A DNA stretch of 26,400 bases from contig NW_021836733.1 of NCBI RefSeq assembly GCF_006345805.1, positions 1 to 26,400 on the forward strand. The letters are read 5' to 3'. This document shows, piece by piece, positions 1-10,459 of the stretch (within the stretch, counting starts at the first letter, position 1; each line of letters begins with the position of its first letter). The translations under genes were made by a program, and so were the position numbers. The stretch is from Octopus sinensis. Taxonomy: Eukaryota. A model generated the notes under the pieces. It ran no database searches, was not told the origin of the DNA, and was given only the letters and a program-made list of their open reading frames with translations.

Positions 1-330
1 GGAGTAAAAGAGAGCATAGAACTGACGGAGCTCCAACGGGTAGCCATACGGTTGCGAATGTGGTGGTGGCGATGGGGCAGTGAGTAGTATTTACGATGCT
101 GATGGTTTGGTAGGAGCTGAGTTTGGAGGTGAGAAATAGCTGAAAGGTGTTGATTTGTGTCTGTTTGTCGGCTGGGAATGTATGAAAAGGATGAAACTAG
201 TTGATGTAAACAAATTGAAAATTGCAAAAGATTTCTGCATCGGCGGTTTCAGTAAGGAATTTGTTTCCACTATGTCCCTTGCAATGCTTTCTGTTCATCT
301 CCCACTAACTTTTCTTTATCTGTTATAAGG
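1..330 (-). mobile_element. Decayed LINE ORF2 fragment, APE-endonuclease region (CR1/L2/Jockey-like)
   Basis: Minus-strand manual translation across frameshifts gives AEIFCN...LHQLVSSFSYIPSRQTD...LFLTSKLSSYQ, resembling the APE C-terminal pattern L.QLV..PT.IP.R......LDLFLTS.P..Y. Confidence 0.55.
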
Positions 331-386
331 ACATGTAGACGTTCAATAAAAGATTATCTCTCTTTCCATATACTTCTTTCAACAAA

Positions 387-570
387 AGGCACAAGGTCTA
401 AAATTTTTTTGTTAGGTTGGGGCTTGTATTTGACTGGTATTTATTTTATTGACCCTGAAAGGATGAAAGGTAAAGTCGACCTTAGCGGAATTTGAACTCA
501 GAACGTAAAAGAAGAAATACCGCTAAGAATGTTGTCCGACTTGCTGACGATTCTTCCAGCTCGCTGCCCT
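387..570 (-). mobile_element. SINE family A copy (diverged)
   Basis: gaaaggatgaaaggtaaagtcgaccttagcggaatttgaactcagaacgta matches the copies at 8155, 14572-15210 and 15737. Confidence 0.85.
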
Positions 571-591
571 GGCGTTTCCGATATAATGCTA

Positions 592-921
592 TTGGGTTGG
601 TGCATAATTATTGCGGTTTTTTTTTCAACAAATTTTAACAAAAACAATATTTAACAAAAATATCTTTAAATGACGGTCTGACCTTCTGCCAAGCAAATGG
701 GAAGCAGTAATGAAGAAAGATGGTGAATTGCTCCAGAATAATCATTTAAAACATGTTTTTGTTACATGTTGTTATTGTTTTTGTTGAATCTACTTCAATT
801 ACTTCAATTACTGCTTTCCATTTGCTTGGCAGACGGTCAGACCGCCATTTAAAGATGTTTTTGTCAAATATTGTTATTGTTTTTGTTGAAAAAAAGCCGC
901 AGTAATTGTGCACCAACCCAA
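592..921. mobile_element. Mariner-derived MITE with extended inverted arms
   Basis: TA (590-591)-ttgggttggtgcataattattgcgg ... ccgcagtaattgtgcaccaacccaa-TA (922-923); the TIR resembles Hsmar1/MADE1; internal LPSKWEAV/LPSKWKAV matches the mariner transposase C-terminus and occurs in both orientations. Confidence 0.85.
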
Positions 922-1095
922 TAAAAAACAACATAAAAACATTGACAAAAAGCTACACCCTCGTAGCTGTGAGGATAGCTTGGTTGAGTGGGGCTCCGTT
1001 TTACTGAGTACTGAAAGTGAAAGCAGGTTCGTCTTAAATTTAAACTCACAACACCGAAAATGCAATACTGTAAAACTGCCGAAATAAATCATTTT

Positions 1096-1895
1096 CATGA
1101 GTGGCTGCGCGGTTAAGAAGCTCACTTAGCAACCACGTGGTTTGGTGTTCAGTCCCACTGTGCGGCACTTTAGGTAAAATGTCTTTTACCGTATCCTGAC
1201 CAATGCCTTGTCAGTAAATTTGGTAGATGGAATTGTGTGGAAGCCTGTCATGTGTGTGTGTGTGTATATATAATGGAGGAGACTCCCTTCGGTCATGAAT
1301 GACCATGGGATTTGCACCTAGAAAGTTACCCTCCGAGGCACAAGTCCGGGCAAAGTTGTTTGTGGAAGGCCAGCAGTTGCCCATGCATACCACTCTCCCC
1401 TCTCCATATCACTGATGTCATCCAAGGGAAAGGCAAAGGCTGATACAGCTTGGCACCAATGATGTTGCAACTCAGTTCTACAGCTGAGTGAACTGGAGCA
1501 ACGTGAAATAAAGTGTCTTGCTCAAGAACACAACACGCAGCCCGGTCCGGGAATCGAACTCACAACCTCAGGAACGTAAGCTCGACGCTCTAACCACTGA
1601 GCCATGCGCCTTCACTTGTATATATAATATATATATTATATATTATATATTATATATGTATATTGTATTTATATATAATATATATATATATATATATCTA
1701 TATATATATTCATGTGTGCGTTTGTTCCCCAAACCGCTTGACAAACGGTGTAGGTTTACTTACGTAAGCTAGCGGTTCGGGAATAGAGATTGATAAAATG
1801 AGATAATATAAGTACTAGGATCGATTTGATTATCAAAGACTGTTTAAAGCAGTGCTCCAGCATGGCTACACTCCAACGACTGAAACAAGAAAAAA
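1096..1895 (+). mobile_element. SINE family B copy (old), split by a family C insertion in its internal microsatellite
   Basis: Head 1096-1250 (gtggctgcgcggttaagaagc...gttcagtcccactg) and tail 1710-1895 (ccgcttgacaa...gtgctccagcatggc...gactgaaacaag) match the uninterrupted copy at 20141-20555. Confidence 0.8.
1275..1616 (-). mobile_element. tRNA-derived SINE family C
   Basis: Minus strand: A box tggctcagtgg, B box gagttcgattcc, then ttgtgttcttgagcaagacacttt; flanked by 12-bp direct repeat tgtatatataat (1263-1274, 1617-1628). Confidence 0.85.
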
Positions 1896-1919
1896 TATAA
1901 ACACAAAAGATATCAGTAT

Positions 1920-2235
1920 AATCAGGGAAACAACTTGAATTCCCGCCTTATGAAAGGCTTCTTTTACTGGGCTTGGAAGGTTGAAAGGAATCAAGAATTG
2001 GTGTGGTTGTGAATCGTTCAAGGATGCGAAACGAAGATTGCAAAAGATTTCTGCACTGGCGCTATTAGAATGGTATTCCCTTACATCTCATCTATAGCAA
2101 TAAAATTCTCTCGCATTGTACGGAAGTCACTTAATCTCATTCTGTTGATATAGATAAATGAACTTAGTTCCTTATTAAGAAGTCAAAAGTGAAATTTTAT
2201 GGCGCTTACAGGAAAATTTTGCCTGATGAAGGTCG
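1920..2235 (-). mobile_element. Second decayed APE-endonuclease LINE fragment
   Basis: Shares attgcaaaagatttctgca with 221-239; minus strand reads KISLLTS..GTKFIYLY, AEIFCN, PILDSFQPSKPS. Confidence 0.45.
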
Positions 2236-3009
2236 TGTACTCGTAGCAGCAGCAGTAGTAGTAGTATTTTGTAGCAATAGTAGTAACGATTGTTCTGTAG
2301 CACATAGTTCAGCTTCCTTGATTGAGCAGAATATGTCGCAGCTGGGAGCAATCAATCTTTTTGTGTCTGGCTGTCCAATCTAAGAAGAAAAAAAAGAACA
2401 ACCTCTGGATATGGCTGCCATAACAGTAACAACACTTATAACTTCAAGAGTAACAGCAGCAGCAACAACAACAACTGTAACTGTAGCAACAGCTGCATCT
2501 GCCTCAACAACAACAACTACATAGACATCATAAACACCAATAAGTACAGCAACCATGCTTATAACCTCGCCAATAATAATAACAATAGCAAAATTGCAAT
2601 AACTGTAACAAAAGTAACAACAACAAAAATAACAAATTCATAATATCTAGTATAACAATAACAATACTGGACCTCATATTGTACAACATTTAAATGTCAT
2701 TGATAATGGTCGCACGTAATCGTTTCAAATTGTGACACAAGGCCTGTAGTTTTAAAGTGAGGGGTTAGTCTATAACATCGACTCCAGTGTTCAGCTGGTA
2801 TTTATTTTAGGATGAAAGGCTAGGTCAATCGGAAGAAATGACATTTCAGCAATGATAGACAAAACATCCTTCAGTTTTATTATGTTGCTAATATGGCTTA
2901 GAAATTGAAGCATGCGACCAAGATAATTTCTATGAGGTAGCTCGACCTGCCAGCAAAAGCAACGATATCTGTCATATTGAAAAAGAAAAACACCCGAAAC
3001 AATATAATC

Positions 3010-3188
3010 ATGTGCCTGTGCTTGTCCCTCCAACATCGCTTGACAACCGATGCTGGTATGCTCACGTCCCCGTCACTTAGCGATTCGGTAAAAGGAAAAA
3101 GGATAGAATAAGTACTAGGCTTACAAAGAATAAGTCCTGGGGTCGATTTGATCGAATAAAGGCGGTGCTCCAGCATGATCGCAGTCAA
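3010..3188 (+). mobile_element. SINE family B 3' half (mirror copy at 3821-3998, minus)
   Basis: caacatcgcttgacaaccgatgctgg...gatagaataagtactaggcttacaaagaataagtcctggggtcgatttg...ggcggtgctccagcatg, as in 9661-9870. Confidence 0.9.
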
Positions 3189-3469
3189 TATATATATATA
3201 TATTCTTTTATTCTTTTACTTGTTTCAGTCATTTGACTGCGGCCATGCAGATTCTCCGCTCAACTTTCTTTGTCATGGTCAATGCGACGATCACACGCTA
3301 CACACCTTCCTTCTAAGCACTGCTGTAAACAGCGGAAGTGGGTTAGAACGCTAAAACTTAGTGCGCATACATAGCAGAATTCAAGGTTAATCTTTGCCAA
3401 GCGGCTTCACTCTGAATGCTTTAGCTTCGTTACTATAGCAACAGCCCGGATACTTATTGATCAGACTAC

Positions 3470-3540
<71 letters not shown>

Positions 3541-3541
<1 letters not shown>

Positions 3542-3766
3542 GTAGTCTGATCAATAAGTATCCGGGCTGTTGCTATAGTAACGAAGCTAAAGCATTCAGA
3601 GTGAAGCCGCTTGGCAAAGATTAACCTTGAATTCTGCTATGTATGCGCACTAAGTTTTAGCGTTCTAACCCACTTCCGCTGTTTACAGCAGTGCTTAGAA
3701 GGAAGGTGTGTAGCGTGTGATCGTCGCATTGACCATGACAAAGAAAGTTGAGCGGAGAATCTGCAT
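3541..3766 (+). mobile_element. Mariner 5' end: TIR, 5' UTR and first transposase codons (mirror copy at 3245-3470, minus)
   Basis: TA-cgtagtctgatcaataagtatccgg is a mariner-like terminus; ATG at 3735 gives MTKKVERRIC, like the mariner N-terminal EQR.CIKFC motif; truncated at 3766. Confidence 0.7.
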
Positions 3767-4898
3767 GGCCGCAGTCAAATGACTGAAACAAGTAAAAGAA
3801 TAAAAGTATATATATATATATTGACTGCGATCATGCTGGAGCACCGCCTTTATTCGATCAAATCGACCCCAGGACTTATTCTTTGTAAGCCTAGTACTTG
3901 TTCTATCCTTTTTCCTTTTACCGAATCGCTAAGTGACGGGGACGTGAGCATACCAGCATCGGTTGTCAAGCGATGTTGGAGGGACAAGCACAGGCACATG
4001 ATTATATTGTTTCGGGTGTTTTTCTTTTTCAATATGACAGATATCGTTGCTTTTGCTGGCAGGTCGAGCTACCTCATAGAAATTATCTTGGTCGCATGCT
4101 TCAATTTCTAAGCCATATTAGCAACATAATAAAACTGAAGGATGTTTTGTCTATCATTGCTGAAATGTCATTTCTTCCGATTGACCTAGCCTTTCATCCT
4201 AAAATAAATACCAGCTGAACACTGGAGTCGATGTTATAGACTAACCCCTCACTTTAAAACTACAGGCCTTGTGTCACAATTTGAAACGATTACGTGCGAC
4301 CATTATCAATGACATTTAAATGTTGTACAATATGAGGTCTAGTATTGTTATTGTTATACTAGATATTATGAATTGTTATTTTTGTTGTTGTTACTTTGTT
4401 ACAGTTATTGCAATTTTGCTATTGTTATTATTATTGGCGAGGTTATAAGCATGGTTGCTGTACTTATTGGTGTTTATGATGTCTATGTAGTTGTTGTTGT
4501 TGAGGCAGATGCAGCTGTTGCTACAGTTACAGTTGTTGTTGTTGCTGCTGCTGTTACTCTTGAAGTTATAATTGTTGTTACTGTTATGGCAGCCATATCC
4601 AGAGGTTGTTCTTTTTTTTCTTCTTAGATTGGACAGCCAGACACAAAAAGATTGATTGCTCCCAGCTGCCACATATTCTGCTCAATCAAGGAAGCTGAAC
4701 TATGTGCTACAGAACAATCGTTACTACTATTGCTACAAAATACTACTACTACTGCTGCTGCTACGAGTACATATATATTATATGTATATTGTATTATATA
4801 TATATATATAGATATATAATATATATATATAGATATATATATATATATATTATATATATATATATATATAATATTTATATATAATATATATTATTTAT

Positions 4899-5060
4899 TC
4901 ATGTGTGCGTTTGTTCCCCAAACCGCTTGACAAACGGTGTAGGTTTACTTACGTAAGCTAGCGGTTCGGGAATAGAGATTGAGAAATGAGATAATATAAG
5001 TACTAGGATCGATTTGGTTATCAAAGACTGTTTAAAGCAGTGCTCCAGCATGGCTACACT
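4899..5060 (+). repeat. Local direct duplicate of 1710-1872 (old SINE B tail)
   Basis: Near-identical to 1710-1872, including copy-specific divergences (taggtttacttacgtaagctagcgg, tatcaaagactgtttaaagcag) absent from other B copies. Confidence 0.95.
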
Positions 5061-5067
5061 TCCTAAT

Positions 5068-5106
<39 letters not shown>

Positions 5107-5151
5107 GAAAAAACAAGTCAAATAGAAAATGCTAAAATATTTTATAAAAAC

Positions 5152-5197
5152 ATTTCAGTACCGGTTTCGGTCATTTTGAGACCTTTTCAACTGTAAC
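5152..5197 (-). ncRNA. Minimal type I hammerhead ribozyme motif with U3-A8 core variant
   Basis: Minus strand gttacag-TTGAAAA-ggtc-tcaaaat-gacc-GAAA-CCGG-TA-ctgaaat: stem I, 4-bp stem II, palindromic stem III loop; on the sense strand in the 3' end of the PLE. Confidence 0.7.
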
Positions 5198-5531
5198 GAT
5201 TAAATAATTAAATTTACAAAAAAATTAGAAGAAAAGTTTTTTTAAAGGAATATTTGTATAGTTTTCAAATTTTAGTGGCATTCTGCCTTTCTCTAACTCC
5301 TTTGTTTGCACTTGTGTGTTCGAGGTCGTTGTGAATTCTTGGTAGGGTAGAAGGAGAAGAGGGATGTTGAGGAGAGGGGTGGAGAAATTTGGGAGTGCCT
5401 TGATTGTCGTATTTTGAATGGTCAGTTGCAGTTCAATTCAGAGAATATTTCTATTGAAAGGTTGGTTTATGGAATTTGCGTAGGCGTTATACTAGAGAGA
5501 TCATTAGTGATAAAGTTAAGAGTAGAAGGTG

Positions 5532-5715
5532 GAAGAAGAAGAAGAAGAAGAAGAAGAAGAAGAATAAGAAGATGACGATTTGATGATGATGATGATGATG
5601 ATGATGAAGAAGAAGAAGGAGAAGGAGAAGAAGAAGATGATGATGATGATGATGATGATTACGACGACGATGATGATAATGATGATGATGAAGAAGAAGA
5701 GGAAGAAGAAGAAGA
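5532..5715. repeat. (GAA)n/(GAT)n compound microsatellite inside the PLE 3' UTR
   Basis: Direct reading. Confidence 0.95.
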
Positions 5716-5904
5716 AAACAGAGAAGGGAGAATATGAATGGGTGAAAGTAGTGGAGGTGTTGTATGACTTGAAGTTGGCATGTTATGGATTATAGCTGTG
5801 ATTGGGGATGATTGTAATAGATTCTTTGGAATGTAATATTTGTTTGTGTATATATTTCTTTTATTCTAAGTTGAGGTATATTAATCGTTTGTCGTAGACC
5901 CGTT

Positions 5905-7190
5905 AAGAAGTGGCTGTATTTTGTAATAAAGAGAGTTTCTTTACTTATTCGTTTCTCGAGGTTGTATCGTCCCTAAATTGGTAGAAGGGAAAATCCTGAA
6001 GCCTGGTGTTTTTTTTGTTGGCGCAAGTATCTATGTGTTGGCTGAAAGCTATTTTTCTGTTCTGGGGAATTTTTATCTGGGATCTGTGCAGGGCCAATCG
6101 TTTACGCAAACTATTTTTGTTTGGCCTATGTACTGCTCTTGACACCCGGAGCAGGTTAGTGAGTATATTAGGTTCTCCGAAGCACATGTGAAGTTGCTTT
6201 TCACTGTAAACCGTTGTCCCTGTTTGAAGGAGAACTCTGATCCCTCAATTAGATAATCGCATATCCCGCAATTGGGTCTTCCACATTTTTTTACTGTCGG
6301 CTTCTGTGTTGAAGAGTGAATTCGGGCTTGTGTTAGGAGACTTTTCATGGATTTAGGCTGCCTCTTGCTTTTATGATCGTGTGTGTTTGGAGATTGTGTT
6401 CATTCTGTGGTCTTTTTTTAGGAGGGATATGTTGTGGAGATGGTGCCGAAGGCTTCGTTATTGAGAGGGTTTGTGTGTGGAGATGTATGGTAAGGCTTTT
6501 TGGTCGTAAGTTTTTCTTTGATTTGGGATGTCTCAGTTCCTTGATGTTAAGTTGAAGGCACGTTGAATGCACTTGTCAATAATGAAGGTGGATAGTTCCT
6601 GGTGATAAGGGTATCTTTTAGTTCTTGTAGTCGTGTGTCTCTGGTGTTTGCATTAGAGACTATAGTGCATATCCTTTTTGCTAGATTGAAGGGGATATTC
6701 ACTCTGGTGTGTCTTGGGTGGCATGAATTGAATGGAAGATATTGCTTAGAATCTGTAGGCTTATAATATATGTCTGTTCTATTACATATTAGCTTTCTTA
6801 ATGGATATCGAGAAGGGGAGTTGTTCTGGCTATATTCCATCGTGAATTGGATGTTTACGTCCAGTCCGTTTAAAATTTCCTGGAATTCTATGAGTTTTTT
6901 CTATATTTTTATGCCAAAAATGAAACAGTCATCTAGATATCTTTCGAGTTGTTTTCTATGTAGATGGAGAAAGGGCTGCCATATCTTTCTAGAACCTTAC
7001 GATACAGACTGATCTCTAGATATCCTATGACTAGGTTGGCAAAGGAGGGGGCCATTCGTGTACCCATCGCAGTCCCCGATTTTTGTCGTAGAAGTTGTCA
7101 TTGAAGGCGAAGAAGTTATTTTCCAGGATGAATTTAACCCCTTCTATCACGAATTCTTTTTTGATGCGATGTGGTAGTTCGTTGGCGATG
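5905..7190 (-). pseudogene. Disrupted PLE reverse transcriptase/GIY-YIG endonuclease ORF
   Basis: Consecutive ORF-track fragments 6547..6840, 6345..6572, 6073..6348 and 5945..6187 carry successive RT thumb, linker and GIY-YIG motifs in different frames. Confidence 0.9.
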
Positions 7191-7356
7191 TGGTAGTTTG
7201 TATGCAGCACAACATCCTACATACTATATATATATATATATATAAAATATATATTATATATATATATATTATATATATATAATATATTATATATATATAT
7301 ATGTATGGAATATATATTATATATATATATATATTATATATATATATATATATATA

Positions 7357-7417
7357 TGTATGTGCATGCGCACACGTAATGCGTGTGAGCGTGTATATTT
7401 ATTATATATATATATAG

Positions 7418-7448
<31 letters not shown>

Positions 7449-7500
7449 CTATATATATATCAAACGCTCACACGCATATACGTGTGCGCATGCACATACA
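7357..7500. repeat. Short inverted repeat (36-37 bp arms) around (TA)n
   Basis: tgtatgtgcatgcgcacacgtaatgcgtgtgagcgt (7357-7392) versus acgctcacacgcatatacgtgtgcgcatgcacataca (7464-7500), one indel. Confidence 0.9.
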
Positions 7501-8154
7501 CGCGTGTAAATATCACAAGCTTAAGCAAAAGAATGTGCGACTGCTTCAAAAAGTATTCAAATCCACTAATCTCTGATATGGATGTCTGATAATCTGTTAT
7601 CTTATCGGTAGACGACATTAAATTATTTTGTCACTACTGTATAAACACACGTTTAGTTATGAGAAGGAAATAAGATTAAGCAACTTTTATGCATTTCTCG
7701 AGAATCTCATTGCTTGTCATGTGGTGGCAACGAATTGCAATCTGATGCCACTTGTATAGACGTGTTCTTACAGACAACAATCTTCATAGAAATACTGATA
7801 TTGTGAAGATTGGTTTCAAATCCGCTGAGGTCAATTTTGTTCGTTTCCTTGTCGTTTAACACCATGCTGAACCTGATAGGGTAAACCTATGACCAAGGAC
7901 ATTCTTAGGAAGGCTGAAATCACGTGATATGGCTGTTCCGGCAGCGGTCGCAGGCGATTGTCTCCCGTCAGCGTTATAAACACGAGTGCTTTTATGCACC
8001 ACGATTCCATATGAGAGGTTCTGTCACAGTAAATTACGTAGCATTCTGTGATGTAAAACAGTATCCATTTGAACGGGTGGGGTGGGGTGGGGGGGGATAA
8101 ATATCACCATTTGGAATCAATATTGCTTCAGCCGCTATTATATATCTTTTATAA

Positions 8155-8370
8155 GGCGGCGAGCTGGCAGAAATGTTAGCACGCCGGGCAAAATGCGTAG
8201 CCGTATTTCGTCTGCCGTTACGTTCTGAGTTCAAATTCCGCCGAGGTCGACTTAACCTTTTATCCTTTCGGAGTAGATAAATTAAGTACCAGTTGCGTAC
8301 TGGGGTCGGTATAATCGACTGGCCCCTTTCCCTAAAATGTAGGGTCTTGTGCCTAGAGTAGAAAAGATTA
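8155..8370 (+). mobile_element. SINE family A, full-length
   Basis: ggcggcgagctggcagaaatgttagc head, B-box-like gagttcaaattcc, central cctttcggagtagataaattaagtaccag. Confidence 0.9.
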
Positions 8371-8374
8371 TAAA

Positions 8375-8545
8375 TCTTTTATCTTTCTTCTTTTGTTATC
8401 TTGTACTTGTTTCAGTCATTAGACTGCGGCCATGCTGGGGCACCATCTTGAAGAATTTTAGTTGACTAAAATTGAGAACTTGTTTTTCTTTTTCTTTGTT
8501 TTTTTGAAGCCTGGTAATTATTGATTCAGTCTCTTTTATAGAAAG
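8375..8545 (-). mobile_element. SINE family B 3' fragment
   Basis: tacttgtttcagtcattagactgcggccatgctggggcacc is the reverse complement of the B tail. Confidence 0.8.
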
Positions 8546-8569
8546 TAGGAATATCAATACAAACAATAT

Positions 8570-9260
8570 CTGCAACAGCAATAACGACGGTAAGAGTAGG
8601 ACCAAGAACAATAACAAAAGACAATAGCAATAACAATAAACAACACAACCGGCATCAATAACAAAAGCAACGTCACAATACTGCCATCGCCGCCGCCGCC
8701 GCCACCACCACTACGACCACGACGATCACCACTACTACCACGACCACCACGATCACCACGACTACGACCACGACTCGACGACGACGACTACCACCACCAC
8801 AACGACGACCACGACGACGACAACCATCACCACGACAGCCACGACCACGACCATGACCACGACCACCATGACAACCACCACCACTACTACCACGACAACC
8901 ACAACGACGACCACCACCACGGCCACGAACACGACCATGACTACGACCACCACGACTACCACCTCCACTACTACCACGACAACCACAACAACGACCACGA
9001 CGACGACCACCACCACCACCACCACGACGACTACCATCACCATCCCCAACAACCACAATACCAAGGACTAAACCACCACCACCACCACCGCCACCACCAC
9101 CACCGCCACCACCACAACCGCCACCACCACCACCGCCACCACCACCACCACCACCACCACCACCACCAACAACAACAACAACTACAACATCTACAGCCCC
9201 AACACCTACACTGCTAACAACAGCAACAACGACAACGCTCTCACTAACAGCAAGAACACC
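8570..9260. repeat. Degenerate trinucleotide tract (AAC/GCC/ACG/ACC)
   Basis: Direct reading; source of the poly-T/V/G ORFs. Confidence 0.95.
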
Positions 9261-9660
9261 CACAACTTTGAAAAATCACGTGATCAATGCTGAATCCTAA
9301 AATAATCTAATTTATTACATAGAAACAACATTCCTTTGTCAGAAATCCCGTAATTTGGTTCCAGAATGGTTAATTCTGTCGGATGTTATTATAGAGTTCT
9401 TCATTTACCCTGTTTCCATCACATTAGCCTCGTTCAACCCCATCCCGCCCTCACATACACTCGTATCTTAATACCCACAATATTCCTAATCTCTCTCCCC
9501 CTCCATTTCTTCCCCCCATCTCTCCCCCCCCACATCTGCCTTATCCGGTTCGTCCCCCTCTGTCTCTCAGATCTATTTTGATATTGTGCGAAGTATTTAT
9601 TCTTCTGAACAATTGAAAGCGGAAGGAAAAACGCTAACTTGCAAGGAGCACTCTGACATA

Positions 9661-10072
9661 CTCTTTTACTCTTTTACTTGTTTCAGTCATTTGACTGTGG
9701 CCATGGTGGAGCAACGCCTTTAGTAGAGCAAATCGACTCCAGGACTTATTCTTTGTAGGCCTAGTACTTATTCTATCGGTACCTTTTGCCGAACCACTAA
9801 GTTACGGGGACGTGAACACACCAGCATCGGTTGTCAAGCGATGTTGGAGGGACAAGCACAGACACACAAAAATATACACACACATATGATATATATATAT
9901 ATATATTATATATATATATATATATATAATATATATATATATAATAATTATTTGAGGGAATATAAATCCAAACTTACAGGGAAAAAAATTCAATTTAGAA
10001 TTATATATTATATATATTTAGATATATCTATATGTATGTATATAATATAATATATATATATAATATATATAT

Positions 10073-10129
<57 letters not shown>

Positions 10130-10345
10130 TATAATTATATATATATACATACATATATATTATATATACACATATATATATACGACGGGGTTCTTTTAGC
10201 TTCCGTCTACCAAATCCACTCACAAGGTTTCGGTCTGTCCGAGGCTATAGTAGAAGACACTTGGCCAAAGTGCCACGTAGTTGGACTGAACCCGGAACCA
10301 TGTGGTTGGTAAGCAAGCTACTTACCACAAAGCCACTCCTACGCC
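9661..10345 (-). mobile_element. SINE family B, full-length with expanded internal (TA)n
   Basis: Tail 9661-9870, about 300 bp TA-rich interior, head 10181-10345 ending cttaccacaaagccactcctacgcc. Confidence 0.9.
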
Positions 10346-10459
10346 ATATAGACAGAGCATATGAATAGGTTGGGAGCATAAAATATTCACAGCCTCCGGT
10401 CTTCCCACGAAACAACCGGATACATTAATCCCCAGATTACAATGTCAGCGAGAAAATTT

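Larger units (their letters stand above)
2236..4771. repeat. Long inverted repeat: arms 2236-3470 and 3541-4771 around a (TA)n spacer
   Basis: Arms are reverse complements with only a handful of differences; ORF track gives the identical 81-aa translation at 2791..3036(-) and 3973..4218(+). Confidence 0.98.
5107..7225 (-). mobile_element. Penelope-like retroelement, Neptune-type, 5'-truncated and frameshifted
   Basis: Minus strand: FILENNFFAFNDNFY, GTAMGTRMAPSFANL, RYLDDCFI (YLDD at 6928-6939), TDIYYKPTDSKQYLPFNSCHP, CGRPNCGIC, FTCASENLIYSLTCSGCQEQYIGQT (GIY-YIG); (TA)n on both flanks. Confidence 0.95.

Noticed and set aside
2236-4771. Palindrome as a Foldback/TIR transposon
   Set aside because: No TSD, the arms are mosaics of unrelated old repeats, and there is no internal region
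8673-9263. 196-aa Gly/Val/Arg-rich ORF and overlapping poly-Thr and poly-Val ORFs
   Set aside because: Open only because trinucleotide repeats lack stops; no domain or splice evidence
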